Assembly (NCBI RefSeq): GCF_018350175.1
Contig: NC_058368.1
Coordinates: forward strand, 110,796,001-110,860,000
Direction of reading: 5' to 3'
Length of the DNA stretch: 64,000 nt
From: Felis catus
Lineage: Eukaryota
A model generated the notes under the pieces. The model was not told the DNA's origin. It ran no database searches and saw only the letters and a program-made list of their open reading frames with translations. The position numbers and the translations under genes are program-made. Positions 11,721 to 25,049 of this stretch are shown in pieces (positions within the stretch are counted from its first letter, which is position 1; every line of letters starts with the position of its first letter).

Positions 11721-13789
11721 TGCTCCTTTGCTCTCAAGTGTGTGGTGATGGGGGCACTGCAGGCCTCCAAGCTGAGTGGTACTCCCACTCCTGTTGTGTT
11801 CAGGAGCTGAATCCAGCTGGATTCTCTGACCCCAAGGACAGACTTGGCCCTCAGCGCCCCTCCTGGGCATGACGTCACAGCTCTGGGCCTGGTCAGGGAT
11901 GGATACTTTCCTCCTTGGATGTTTGACAAGGCAGGGCTTTTAGGACCAAAAGGGTTGTGTTTCTTGGTTGGAAGCAGGAGCCCAGGGTTTCCAGAATAAA
12001 CATTGCCCTGGAAAATGTTTCCGCATAACAGTTAAGATTGATCAGGTTTGATGCCTGGCAAAAGGATGCAGGATGACGCTTAACTGTCCATTGGTGGACC
12101 CCCTGTTCCATTGCTGGTCCTAGCTTAGGTTGGAGCTCACTGTTGGGTGTGTCTGTATCAGGTGCCCTCCTCTCTGTGACGTGGGGTTGGGCTGGAGGGT
12201 GTCCTAGGCCCTGAGTCACTGGGAATGGGCTGACTGAGGAAGCTGAGGTGTCCCTGGGGGTGTGTTGTGTCTGTTGTCATTGTGTCGTCTCACACCGCAC
12301 CATGGGCAAGCCCTCCCGGGGCATTTTGAGAGCAGTTTTTTTCTTGGATCGCCGCCCTTCTTTGCCTCCAGTCCCCTGGCTCTGGTCACTGAAGGCCGGT
12401 CAGGAGCTCAGCAGTCTGGCCTGATAGCAATCAGGCAGGAGTCCAAAGGAAGTCAAGGACCGCGGCCCCAGCCTGGCACAAAGTTTGGCTTTCCTGAAAA
12501 GCCTTGGTCTTTTTTTCTTTTATTTTGTTCCTTATTAATTTAATCCCAATGTCAACCCCGTGAGATGTGGACGGCCTGCAGATGGGGAGCCAAGGCATGG
12601 GAAGACGTGCACCTTAGGAGCGCTGGTGGAGTGATTTGAACCCAGGCATGTGTTTCCTGCCCTTACCTCCATGCTCCCTTGCCTCTTAGACAACATATCT
12701 GTGCACTCCTTTTTGAAAAAAATGGGTTTTATAGCTCCAGCTGGGTCCCCTTGGCTGCCCCTATCCCCTCCCTCCCCACTCCTCACCCCCTCGGAATTTG
12801 GTATTTCCCTGTCTCCCATGTATTTTTATTCTGTTACACCCAGGTGAGTATCTGTAAGAACTGTTTGGTGTGGTTTTTGGAACCCCCTAACTAATCTCAT
12901 TAGGGGGCTCCGCCTTCAGAGGGCCGCTGTGGCAGGTGGAGCAGCCCTGCCCCCCTCCCTGTGCGGACCCTGGGCCTTCAGGGCTTGGGTGTGAGCAGCG
13001 AAGCCTGCAGCAGCTCCTTTCCGCTCTGTGCCTTGTTTCCCTTTGGGTAAACCGCTGGATTCGGTCCAGGCAGAGCCCCAAGGGTCTTAATTGACAGTAG
13101 CTGTAAAAGTTAGACCCAAATGAGCTTCCTGACCATGGCCCCAGGGCAGGACTGTCCTCCAGGGGCTGGTACAGAGAGCTAGTACAGACCAGAGACCTCA
13201 TCTTGTCTTTGCTCCTCAAGCTGGTTTGAATTCATCAGAGTCAGAAATGCAGGGCTGAGGCTGGGGACAAGATTTCCAAGTCTCCACCCCCGCCTGCCTA
13301 GGAGGTACCATCGCCCTCCGCCTTTCTGGGCTCTGCCTAGGCTCTCCCGCCTCTCCCTCCTGGGCAGTGCCAGGCCCTCGTGAGAGCCACCTCAGTTGCC
13401 AGCAGCTATCCTTACCCCCTGCTTTCGCATGTGGAGGGATGAGCACAGGCCAGACCCTGTGGAGAGATGACCTCTCACATTTCCTTTAGTCATGGATGAC
13501 TGAGAAACTGAGTCACCTCCTGTGAGGACAGGGTGAAGACATCCTTCATACAGGCTAGGTGGAGGTCACAGCCATACCGCTAGTCGGTTTGTGCCAAGAA
13601 AGTTTCTTGGCAGGTGTTAACTGGCAAAGTCAGAGATCCCAGGTCCCTATGGGCTGGAGGCCTGCGTGGGGAGACCGAGTGGGGGAAAGGGAATCTGGGG
13701 ACCACTGGGTTCACATGTGCGGTCTCCATGCTGGCACACTACCCCTGGACTGTGAGGCCTCTCGCAGAGTGGTGAAGATCTCTGGCCAG

Positions 13790-13900
13790 GAACCCCAAAG
13801 GGCTGGATTCCAATCCAGATCTGTCGCTACTTGCCATGAGGCCTTGGGCAAGTCGTTTAACCTCTCTGGGCTTCCCTTTCCCCATCTGCAAGATCTGCAC
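13790..13900 (+). mobile_element. MIR fragment
   Basis: ccttgggcaagtcgtttaacctctctgggcttccctttccccatctgcaa. Confidence 0.65.
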
Positions 13901-16167
13901 GTGTCCTAAAGTGACAAGGGAAGACTGGTCAGACTCTGGTCAGGGAGTAGAACTCGGTGTGCTGGGCATACAGCAGGCTGTTCCTAGTGAGGGCTGCCAT
14001 CTCTAAATCCGCATCTCTGCTCTTCCTGCCTTTCCTACACAGCCTGTTGGTTTTGCTCCTATGGGGAAAAACATCCTTGAACTCCTCTAGTGCCCCTTCT
14101 GCAGAGCCTTGCTTTCCCTACTGCCTGAGCTCTGAGATTGTCCTGGCCTGCCTTGGCCCACGGTGGGCTCCTGAACAGCTGGGCGCTGAAGAGGAGCTGG
14201 CTAAGAGACCTCCCCGGGCTGGGAGGGCCGAGGGGGCAGGGATGCCCAGCCCCGGGGCTGCTGTAGAGTCCCCACATACGGTGTGTCGGTAGCATCAACT
14301 AGCAGCTCAGCTGCAGCAGCTCCCGGAAGCTTATATTTTCCTCTAAAAACATCCTGTCCTGAGGGGCGTTCACCTCAAAGAGGAAGAAGGAAAGCGCAAG
14401 TAAACGAATGCATAGAAACCACTGGAGGCTGTGGGCCAGGCCACTCAGCTCGGTGAGGTTCAGCTAGCTCTGAGGGTGCCTTGGGGCCAGGCTAGGTCTA
14501 GAGCAGGCCTGTGGTTTGCCAAGGCCTCATGCAGGGACTCCGGTCCTCACCTCTGCTGTGGCAAAGCCCTGTTATCTGATGTTGAGGCCGGGCGACTGGT
14601 AGACTGGCCACACGCACCTGGCAGGGCTCTGTGCAACCATGGCAACACACCGTGCTGGCAGGTGGGACCCAAGCCTCCTGGTCCACAAGGGTGTGGCCCA
14701 GCCACCCCCCAGGCCTCCAGCTCAGCTGACCAAACGGCCACAGCTCCGTGCTCTGCGGCGGGTGTCTGGCACAAGGCGTCCGGCACGCTGTGGGCGGGGA
14801 GCTCGCGGGCCGTCCTCTGGAGAGCACCATGTCCTGGGCAGTAGGGCCCAGAGCGGGGGCTGGGGATAAAACGGCATGAGCCCTGCTGGGGTGTATCTGT
14901 AGAGGGAGGGTCTGCAGGAATCCACAAATCCGGGCTCAGTTGATACGTAGACAAGTCTCCTCTGGAAAGTCTTGGGGGGCTTGCTTTCTTCTGGGACACT
15001 CATCTTCCAGGTCCCAGGCCTTGAGGGAGCTTCCCACCAGCAACTGGCCAGACTCCTTGGGACTTAAGCAACCACTGGTGCTGGACAGTGGGTCCCAGCT
15101 CCACACACAGGTCTGAGGGAGCTGTGGGGCTACCTGGTGGGCCCTAGAGCTGGGAGAGGAACCAGGAGGAACTGATCGAGGTCAGATCAGAGTGTATGCT
15201 CAGGGCCAGGCCCTAGCTGGAGCCTGGCTCTTGACAGTGTGAGGGAGAGAAGGGAGAGCTAAAGGGGGCTCTGAGCACGGCCAGTGTGTGGAATTGTGCA
15301 GGGCCGCTGGGCCACGGAACTGAAGCCCAGGCTATACTGTATCAGTAGCCCACCTTTCTGTCCAGTCAGCTTCTGCCCAGGAACGAGCATGAGGCTTGAG
15401 GTGTGGATCTGCCACTCCTGTGGGCTTGTCCCCACTGGCCTCTCTCCAGCTCCAACACAGGCATAGGGAACAAGGAGCCAGGAACTGGCTCCGTGGCGGA
15501 TGAGTGGGTGGGGCACGCAGAGGTTCTGGAGCACCAGGGACTCCAGAAGCCTCCCCTCTGCCGAGTACGGAACCTGGACAGGTGGAGATGACTAACAAGC
15601 CAGTGCTGCCCTCCGGCACCCCTAGGCCCACCTCTGCACCATGTGGGCACCTCTGCCTGCTGGGCTGTGGATCCCCGGTGAGTCGTTTGCAAGGAAGTGA
15701 CCCTTAGACTGAGGTCAGAATGAGCAGTGAGGCTCGCAAGGAGCCGGAAGAAGCATGGAAAGTCATGAGGGGAGGAGGAGGGGTGGGTAAAGGCGCTGAG
15801 GCAGAGAGGATCTAGGCACCAGGGCGGGAGAAGGGCAAGCCAGCATGGCTGGATGGTGGCTGGTCGAGGATGAGTGGGGCGCACGTGCACTAAGGCCGGG
15901 GAGCCATGTCCAGCTATTGCCACCAGGCGGGCTCTTGGTTGCCAGCAGCCCTGGCAGGAAGTAGGCAGGTGGTGTGGCCAGAACTCCAATCCCAGGGGTC
16001 CCGGAACCCACTGAAGCATTTTTAGGGTCAGGGAGGGAGGCACTGGTTCAGGGAACTCTGACCAACCAGGCTGGAGAAAGGAAACTGGGGTGAGGACTGG
16101 CACGCCGTCCCCTCTACCCCCAGGTTTTGTCCATGACCAACCATAAGGCCTTTGTAGCACAGTAGGT

Positions 16168-16355
16168 AGAATCCCAGCTCTGCCACTTATTGTGTGATCT
16201 TGGGCAAGCTGTGTGACCTCTCAGTGCCTCAGTTTCCTCATCTACCAAATGGGTGTAATACACCTATATCCTAGGTTTGTTTAAAAGCATAGGAGTTAAA
16301 CTCTGTAAGGTGTCCAGTACTGTGCCTGAGACATGGTAACCACTCACTTATCATT
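16168..16355 (+). mobile_element. MIR
   Basis: aatcccagctctgccactta...tgggcaagc...gtgcctcagtttcctcatct. Confidence 0.8.
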
Positions 16356-16462
16356 GGAAAATGCTTTTCTCTCAGCCTGAAACATTTTTTTGGCCGGCAC
16401 ACAGGCACTCAGTGATGAAAGCGGACTGAATGTGTCTGCCAGTCGTAATCAACAGAGAATCT

Positions 16463-16464
<2 letters not shown>

Positions 16465-16494
<30 letters not shown>
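16465..16494. repeat. (GT)n microsatellite
   Basis: About 15 GT units. Confidence 0.95.
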
Positions 16495-16495
<1 letters not shown>

Positions 16496-18785
16496 GGTGG
16501 GTGGGGGAACAGGAGGGCGGGAACTTCTGGCACCGTCTCTGCCACAGGGAGGCTTGCTGGAGGTTCGCGGGGGTGGGGGGGGGGTACTCAGGCCTCACAC
16601 ACTCCCCCACCCCCAGGCGTGAGGCCCGAGGAAGCAGCAACTTTCTTCACTGGGAAAGTGTTGTGGGGCTCAAGCGTTTGGGGGTTTTCAGAGTCAACCG
16701 TCAGAGGCGAGGGAGTTTCTCTGCTGGTGGTGGCAAGGGCTCTCAGGGTGCACACAGCCTGTGAGCAGACCGCTGCGGTCTGCAGGGAAAATGCCGACTG
16801 TGTTTATTTTTCACCTGAGCCTGCAGGAAGTAGGGGGGCGAGGGGGTGAGGCAGGGCAGCCCAGCTGGGCCCAAGCTCAACCTCAGGGCAGAAGAGACCT
16901 ATCCCGGAGTCCCTTATTTCTCCCTCCTCCTGTCCCACCCTACCTTTGGACTCCCCCTTTCCTGGTTCCTGCCTACTCAACGAGAGGAATTTCTAGCCAT
17001 GGACTAATGAGAATGTCCCGGAAGGCTGCGAGCCACCTTTGGGACAACAGATTGGGAGTTGGAGTGGCTAGGAGCAGTCAAAGCAATGCAATAGCAGGAG
17101 GAATAGCAGACACAGTCTCCCAGCCCTAGGGTCTCCGGGTCCTGGCCCCACTCTGTAGTGCTGCAGTCTGGCTATGTGTTTCGGGGGGGCAGGGTGCAGA
17201 CACAGGCAAAGAAGGGGATCCTGGAGTGTCCTCACCAAGGAGTATGGGCTGCTGTCGAGTCTTTGATTTGCTGATGCATTCCACCATGCTGCGAATACTT
17301 CCTGAGTGTCCAGGTCTATCCTTGGCCCTCTGCCCTCACATAAGAGAGGTGAGGTTGTGTAGTCGAGATGCTCAGGGCTTCATGGGGACAGTCAACCCAG
17401 GCCTGCCAGGCAGGTATCATCAGAGGGAGGACAGGAGAGGAGCTCCAGTCATCAGGTTCCTCATGCACATGCTAGTCCCCAGGCAACCCCACCTTGTCTG
17501 GGCAGCCTGGCCCCGGGACAGCCTTGTGCTGAGGCCGTGGAGCGGGACGTTCCACTGGCTGAGGGGGGTGTGGGGCACCGGGCCCTACGCCCGACATTCC
17601 CCCTGGCTACCACCACAGACACAGGGGGCCGGGGAGTGTGAGGCTGGGGGGCAGCATGCATAAACGTGGGAAGGACTGGCCGGGCCCTCAGTGCCCTCCC
17701 CTGGATCCCTGGCCACCTCAGGGCCTCTAGCTGCTGGCATGTTCTCTGCCCCACCCCTGCCTACCTGGCATCTCTCCTGGGGTTTGGCTGCAGACTCTTG
17801 TTTAATTAGAGGCTTTTCCCCAGTTCCCAGGGAAGGCTGGTGGACAGGATAAGCCCTCTGACCATCAGGCAACGCCTCCTACCTCCCACCCCCTCCATAC
17901 CTGTTGTCCACCTGCATCCCAGGCCAGAGACCGTAGGCTGAGCTCGATTCTGAGATTTCCAAGCCTGGCTGTGCTGCAACCTGGGGCTTTACCAGCCTGG
18001 CCAAGGAGAGTCAGCTCTGGTCCTCCCTCAGGTGAGGGGGCTCTCCATGGTTTCTTGGCCAAAGCTAGCCCTCCCCAAGAAGGGTGGTTTGCTGAGAAAC
18101 GTACTGTGGAGCTACCCTCTCCTGCCTGGAAGCAGGCTTCCCCCCCCCCCCAACCCCCGCCGCCTTTTTCCTGGGCAGAGTGGGACTGTCTTCCTGTAGC
18201 TGGCACCTTGGACCCCAGCCTCTGGTTCTAATACTTCCTTCCCAGGGTCCCACTCCCCAGCCAGGCTTACATTCCTGGGGGCCAAAGAGCCAGAACCGGG
18301 ACTTAGATGGCAAGGCCTTCTCTGAAGCAGGAGCTTACACTCAAAAGCCCCCAGGCCGGAGGGATCTTTGGAGGAAGTTCATTCCAACTAATGGGCCAGG
18401 GCTCCAGTCGTGGCAAATGGTGGAATGCCTTCTACCAGAGTCCCAGGTTCTTGAGGGAACGGTCTCTGACCTGTCTCCCTGTCTCAAGGCCTGGTCAGGG
18501 CTGATGCTGTCTGGCTACTACTGTCCTGGTTGCCTATCAGGATAAATTGGTCCCAGAGGCTTCCAGGAAGCTTCCTAGGCCTTCGGCTGCTGCTCCCCAA
18601 AATTCTAACATAGTTTTTGCATCTGTGATCAGTGAGGTAATCAGGGCTGATTTTCTCATCGCTTTTCAAGGGGCATAATGACCCAGGATTCTGTAGTGAA
18701 GAAGTTGATGTAAAGGTCAGGGAGCCTTAGAGCTAGGCTTCCCAGCCCACTTCATTGTGGCTCACTTAAAAATTATCACTAGACT

Positions 18786-19292
18786 GGGGTGCCTGGGTGG
18801 CTCCGTTGAGCATCCGACTCTTGGTTTAGGCTCAGGTCATGATCCCAGGGTCGTTGGATTGAGCCCCACATCAGGCTCCATGCTGAGCCTGGAGCTTGCT
18901 GAAGATTAATTCATTCTCGGGGCGCCTGGGTGGCGCAGTCGGTTAAGCGTCCGACTTCAGCCAGGTCACGATCTCACGGTCTGTGAGTTCGAGCCCCGCG
19001 TCAGGCTCTGGGCTGATGGCTCAGAGCCTGGAGCCTGCTTCGGATTCTGTGTCTCCTTCTCTCTCTGCCCCTCCCCCGTTCATGCTCTGTCTCTGTCTCA
19101 AAAATAAATAAATGTTAAAAAAAAAAAAAATTAATTCATTCTCGTCTGTCTCTCCCTCCCTGCCTCCCTCCCCCTCTCACCCTCCCCCTTTCACCCTCCC
19201 CCTCTCTCTCACCCTCCCTCCCTTCTCTCCCACCCCGCCCCTCTCCCCCCACTTGCATGTGCATGTGTTCTCTAATAAAAAAAAATTAAAAA
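18786..19292 (+). mobile_element. Older Can-SINE interrupted by a younger felid SINE (18919-19130)
   Basis: Inner element flanked by perfect 14-bp TSD ATTAATTCATTCTC (18905-18918, 19130-19143); outer element resumes with its CT tract and A tail. Confidence 0.92.
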
Positions 19293-19329
19293 TATGTATC
19301 CTTACACTAACTGGAGAAGGAGGCTGGAG

Positions 19330-20300
19330 GCTGAAGCACACATGGGAAATGCTGGGCATAGTGAGCAGGGAAGAGAGGGAGGCAGTGGGGTTAGGGAGAG
19401 AGTGGGCCTCACCACACACAGCTTTGTAGGTCATCTAAGGCTGTTTCTTGCTCTGGGCAGGGGAATGGTGTGATCTGAGGCACGGGTTTGCTGGATGGAA
19501 GAATGGCAGAGGGCAAGAGGCTACTGGAGTTGTCTGAGTGGGAAGCGACTGGGGCTTGGACTGAGTTGGGGATAGGGAGGAAGAAGTGGTGGGCTCTCAA
19601 TTATCTTGAAAGTAGAGTCATTAGGATTGCCTGACAAATTGGAGACGTGTGTGAGAGAAGAGAGTCCAGGATTACTCCAAGGTGTCTGAGCATCTGGAAG
19701 GAGAGCATTGCCAGTAACTGGGGAAGACGGAGAGGAGCATTTGGTGCAGCACACCAGAGGCTCTGCTTTGGCCATACTGGGTCTGGGCAGCATTTCTGAC
19801 TTTTGGGTAGACTTGGTGAGTATGCATTCGGGGAGTGGTGTTCCCTAGGGGAAGCAGAGGCTGAGATAGAAATGTCAGTAATCAGATGAGGACATTTGAA
19901 GCTATCACCCTGGATGAGAACACTCTGGAAAGGATGGTAGATGGAAAGCCAAGGGCACATCTTGGGTGGGATCAGGAAGAAGATGAGGAGCCAGAAATTA
20001 GCCCAAGAAAGAATGGCCTCTGAGCTTGGAAGAAAATAGGTCAGTGTGGCATTCTGGAAGCCAAGCAAAGAAAATCTTTCAAGGAGGAGGGAGAACATCG
20101 GTTGTGTCCAGTGCTGCTGAGACGTCAGGTAGGAGGAAGACTGAGAACTGACCATTGAGTTCAGGCAGCGTGGCAGTCACTGGGGACCTTGACAAGCGCC
20201 ATTTGGTGAAGTGATGGGGCAGGGGATTGGCTAGGCTGACAGGAGCACAAGACTAAGAACAGGAAGCCGAGGATGGCGATGGCTCTCCTGAGGTTTGCGA
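19330..20300 (-). mobile_element. L2 fragment
   Basis: Purine-rich reverse-L2 phrases (gattgcctgacaaattggag, ggattactccaagg, gtcactggggaccttgacaag); boundaries approximate. Confidence 0.65.
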
Positions 20301-20899
20301 CAAAAGGGAGCAAGACATGAGGTGGTGGCTGAGGAAGATGAAGATTTACAGATGGGAGAAATGGCAGCCTGTTGGTACCGTAGTGGGAATGAGCCTGGGC
20401 TTGCAAAGTGCTTGGCACAGTACCTCACAGGTTGCAGGCAGTCAACACATGAAGGATTCCACAGGTATCCACATACCCCACAGCCTTTCGAACCCACTCT
20501 TGCCAGCCCGAGGATCCTACTTTCTACCTTCCATTCCTACACATACTCCGACTCTGACTCTGCAGTCACTTCTGGGGATAAAGAAGGCCGGAGTGTGGCA
20601 TGAGCCTCTCAGCTTGCTCAGGAAACCTTAGAACATGAGCAGTAAAGTCCCAGCACCCAGGGCCTGGAGACACCATGGCCTCCCCGGGTGATGTTGCCAA
20701 GTAGGCCACCAGGTGGGTCTTCTGTCCCCAGGCAAATCCCCTCCGGTGAATTCAGACCAAAACCGTCTGGCCCATGTGAGGCTAGCTCCACAGGGCCAGG
20801 GAAGGACTGTGAGTAGCATTTCTTTGTGCAGGTAAGGGGCTTCCTGAACGTCCCTTCCTCATGACTCTACAGCTGGGTAATAGAGCTCTTGGGTATCTT

Positions 20900-21020
20900 G
20901 TGGCTTTACTCTTACAACAACCCTATGATCATCTCCATTTGACAAGAAAACAGATGCTCAGGTATTATAGTAAGTTCTTAAAGGCCACACACGTTAGAAC
21001 CAGGATCTAAACGTGGTCAG
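20900..21020 (-). mobile_element. MIR fragment
   Basis: cttacaacaaccctatga...ctccattt...aaggccacac reverse MIR. Confidence 0.55.
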
Positions 21021-22582
21021 CTGACTCCTCCTCAGGCCCACAGTAGGGAGTCCTATCTAGGCTGCTCCAGGAAGCGAAGAGAAGGCTCCAGAGAGAGGTG
21101 CTCAGGAAGGGGTTGTGGTGCCACACATCCATGCCCACCACAAAGAAGCCACTGCTTTGGGGACACCAACCCCTGTCTGCCTGAGGACAGAAGGTCCTGG
21201 TATGTAAGGTTCTCAGTGGGCAGATGAAAAAGCTTGGGATTGAACAGGTGGGTGGTGTCGGTAACTTCCCCAAGCCCTGACGGGAGGGGTGCTGCAGCTT
21301 GGAACCCAGCCTAAAGCTCCCCTGGAGGCAGGAATGTGGGGAAGAGGGCAGCCAGGGCAGTTGCCGGGAAGTGTGGGAGACTGTGTCCCCCTGAAGCCTC
21401 ACACCTTGGCTGAGTCACAATTCATACCTGGCCTTTTCTCACCTCACCCTGGACCACAGACTGCCAAACCCAAGGGACCTGTGCCTCACCATAAGCTACC
21501 CTAAGCTTCCCCAAACCTAGTGATGCAGGGAGCATGAACCCCATCCATTACACAAGAGAGGAAACTGAAGCCCAGAGATGTTAAGGAGTCTGGCTAAATT
21601 CACCCACAGGATGGGCAGGAGCCCAGGCCACAACCTCTCATGGCTGTCGTGCTCCAAAGCTGTCCCGTTTCTTCTGTGCCAGGAGTCAAAAGACACTTAT
21701 CTGTGCTCCTAGCCAGCAGAATCCCCCCAGGTGAACTTTTTCCAAGTGGAAGCTGAGCCTCAATTGTAGATGATGTTTCCAGGGTCCTGGACTGTGCAGA
21801 TGTGCACTGGGGATGTGCAGAGCTGTGCCTTGGCCCCAAGCAGCACCTCCCCGTGGCTGGGTCGTACGGGGAGCCCCCTTCCCAGCATGAGTCATCTCCT
21901 GACAGATCCATGTGACTAGTGAGAAAAGTAAGAGTCCTGTATTGCTGAGGAGACAGGAAGTGTGGGGGCTGGGTGGGTCGGCCCTGGAGGAAGCCTGTCC
22001 CCACCTGACCCACCTGCTCTGAGTTAGAGTGCTGATGGGAACCTTCCTTGTGCCCACAAATCCTGTTAAGCTTGAGGTGAAACAGAGGGTCAGACTTAGG
22101 ACCCCCAAGTCTGGGGGTGGAGAAGTAGGAAAAAGAACTCCAGGCTGTCTTGGGGTAAGCCAGGTCTTCAGACCATTACCTGGTGTCTGGGGCTGGAGGG
22201 TATGAGAAGCCCCCCATACAAGCCACAGGGCCTCAGAGAAATGGTGGCGGGGGTGGGCGGTGGTCTCAGACCTAGAGGCAGGAAATTTCCTGGACAGGAG
22301 AGGTGCACCTCCTGGAACTGAGTATACAGAAACCAAGAGACTCTGTAGGTGATGGGACTGCTTGAGCAAAGTCTGGGGGGCTGTGGGCAGGGCCACTAGA
22401 CATAGGATGTCTTGAGTGGTGCCCCTTCTCCTGAGGCCTGTGGTTTTAACCACCCCCACTTTCCTTTGACATTTGGGCTACCCACACAGCTAAAAGGGGC
22501 TCTGTTTATATGTATGCCCCCAGCCCTGTGCCTTCCTCCTTCGGGTCTCCCCACATTCACACCCTCCCTCCTCATTTTTCAG

Positions 22583-22694
22583 CACAACAAGGCCAGTCAG
22601 CCAGCCCACAGCGTCCCACAGCTCTCTCCTCTCTATGAACATTTCAGCAGCCCACACCCTACACCTGCACCAGCCGACATCAGCCAGAAGCAAG
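22583..22694 (+). CDS. TCF7: TCF7 exon 4 (112 nt)
   Basis: tttttcag|; HNKASQPAHSVPQLSPLYEHFSSPHPTPAPADISQKQ; donor G|GTATGG. Confidence 0.95.
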
Positions 22695-23527
22695 GTATGG
22701 ATCTGGGAAGGGGAGGGGCCTGCCGGTCCCAGAGCCTAGGGGCCAAGTCCTAGGCTTCTGGGTCCAGGGGGGTTAGCCCCTTTTTAACAACTGGAAAGCC
22801 TGGCGCTGGGCAAACTCAAAACCCCAAGAAAAATGCCAGAAAGATGGCCTGGGAGCCTGAGAGCAGGTGGTACTAGGTCAAACTTGGAAGGTTTCAGGTT
22901 GAGGTAGGAACCCACATCCTGAATGACCTCCCAGTGCCAGTATATGGGAGCAGGAATCTGTGTAAAACAGAAGACTGTAAAACCTGTATCCTTCCCTCCC
23001 TGCCCACCCCCCCTCAATGAGAAAATGGAAAGTGGTGGTTGTGATGGCTGATTCACCTCAGCCTCAGGGAAAGTCATTCTGAAATCAGCCATTGTCGGCT
23101 GTGGGAAACCTGCTGACTCAACCCTGGGGAGCCAAAGGGGGCGGGTGGAACCCTGGCTGTCCAGGCCAGGGGGCCTGCCTCCTGCCCAGAAAGCCAGGCC
23201 AGAGCCCCCAGCTTAGAGGCCCCAGCTGAAGACCAGCAGCGGGCCGGGGCATGATGAGGCCCAGCCATCCCACTCCTGAGTGACTCCAGCTCTCCCACTG
23301 GCAGCCTGTATCCTTAGGCTAGTCACCCTGCCACTCTGCCCTTGCTTCCCTAGCCTATAAACGGGGTACCATTATCATACTGGAACAGTCCTCAACAAAC
23401 CAGTATGTCTGGTCCTCTAGCTAATGGGAGGTGGGAGAGGCCCCACAGGAAGGCCTAGGAGGCAGTAACTAGCAGAAGTGGCTTCCAGGTCAGGATAGAT
23501 CACTTACTTGGCCCCTCTCCACTGTAG

Positions 23528-23618
23528 GAGTTCACAGGCCTCTGCAGACCCCTGACCTCTCTGGCTTCTACTCTCTGACCTCAGGCAGCATGGGACAGCT
23601 TCCCCACACTGTGAGCTG
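23528..23618 (+). CDS. TCF7: TCF7 exon 5 (91 nt, or 88 nt from the tandem acceptor at 23531)
   Basis: tgtag|gag| acceptor; (G)VHRPLQTPDLSGFYSLTSGSMGQLPHTVS(W); donor TG|GTGAGT at 23619. Confidence 0.94.
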
Positions 23619-24783
23619 GTGAGTGTGAACCCAGTGGGAGGAGGGCACCTTGCGCTGGAGAAACCTGTACCTGCCGTTTCCTTTTCCTTCTCTGTCCTTC
23701 TCACAGCACCCCGCTGCCAGGTCTTGTGTCTGTACCAGGAGCTGCCCGGCAGCTCTGTTCATTGCCCATGTAGCCCAGCACGCTGCCCTTGGCTCCTGGT
23801 CGAGACCTCCTGCATTCGACATCTGCCTCAATGTCTGAAAGACTTGGTAGGGGTGGGGAGCATCAAGCCACTCAGGGTTAGGAGAGTAGGTAAGGAAGAA
23901 AAGTCAGGCCCACCTGAGCAGGGAGGGGCAATATGAATGGCTCCAAGAGGCTGTTGCCTCTCAGCCACCTGGTGGGCAGGGGGGATACTACACTCATCCC
24001 AGTGCCTACTGGGGACTGGTCCCTTGGCTGAGCTTCCTGAGGAACAGTGTTCTTTGCCCCCTCTGGTGCCTGCCTGATTCCAAGCCTCTGGCCGGCTCCT
24101 TGAAAAGCTTGCTTGGAGGGTCTGTGGAGGCTGGGCCAGCAAAAGCCAGCCTGAACCTCGAGTCAGTAGACCTAGTTGTGGGCCAGAGGGCTGGTCTGGA
24201 GCTGGAGCCAGGTCTTGGTGGGCTGGTTGGTCCTTTGCTCATCAACCACAGTGTGTTCTGGATGCGTCTCTAGCCTCTCCAGGCTGGGGCAGCACCCCAC
24301 AGCAGGAAATCTTGGTTTCCCGGGAAGGTAGGGAAGCCCAGAGGTCCAACCTGAGGCCCACCTGCCCTTTTCCACTTGCTGTTTATCCATATTCAGCTCA
24401 CTCTTCTATTCCCAGATTCTCCTTGGACAGTGCTCCATCCTCAGTACCAGTCAGGAGTATACCCACAGATACTCCCAGGATTGGGGTTTGCCAATCCTTG
24501 GGTGTGCTACCCAGGTCAGGGACCCAACAATTACAGGGCAGTATTAGCAGTGCTTTTATTGGGGACTGTAAGAGCCCAGAGGAGTGCCTCATCCAGCCTG
24601 GGATTTCCAGGGCTTTTAGGAAAAAAAGTCATTTAGCCAAGCAAGAGCTGAACAAAGACCAGGAGTTGAAAGGGGACAAAGCGGGCAGAACAGTCAGTGT
24701 CAACAGTGACTGCAGAAGCCCTAGGACAGGTATCAATGCTGTGCTGATGAGGAAATTTTAGGAAGTAAGGCTGGAGGTGAGCT

Positions 24784-24803
24784 GGGGGGGGGGGGGGGGG
24801 GGG
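24784..24803. repeat. G20 homopolymer
   Basis: Direct read. Confidence 0.95.
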
Positions 24804-25049
24804 AGTGGTCGACTGAGCTGGGTCCCAGGAGAATACTGCCATTTCTGCCCTTTAAGCACCAGTACAAGTCTGTAGAGGGAAGTAGGTGCAGCACAGGTTG
24901 CCCTCTGGTGGCAGATGCTTCATATACATGCTGGAGGAGTCCTAGTGGAGGCCAAATTGCCGTACCCTATGGGTCAAGCAAGGTGGGGAAGTCTTTCCCT
25001 ACATCTGGCCAGTAGCCAGACTGCTAACAGCTGTCTCTCCCAACCACAG

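Noticed and set aside
15366..16160. 264-aa minus-strand ORF (also 7930-8601 and 21686-22459)
   Set aside because: Low-complexity P/L/S-rich translations with no recognisable domain in GC-rich intron; expected by chance.
19601..20155. 184-aa minus-strand ORF
   Set aside because: Lies in a decayed L2; no intact RT motifs seen.
25029..25030. Upstream AG before the 93-nt exon
   Set aside because: Directly adjacent to the putative branch point and would frameshift; unlikely to be used.
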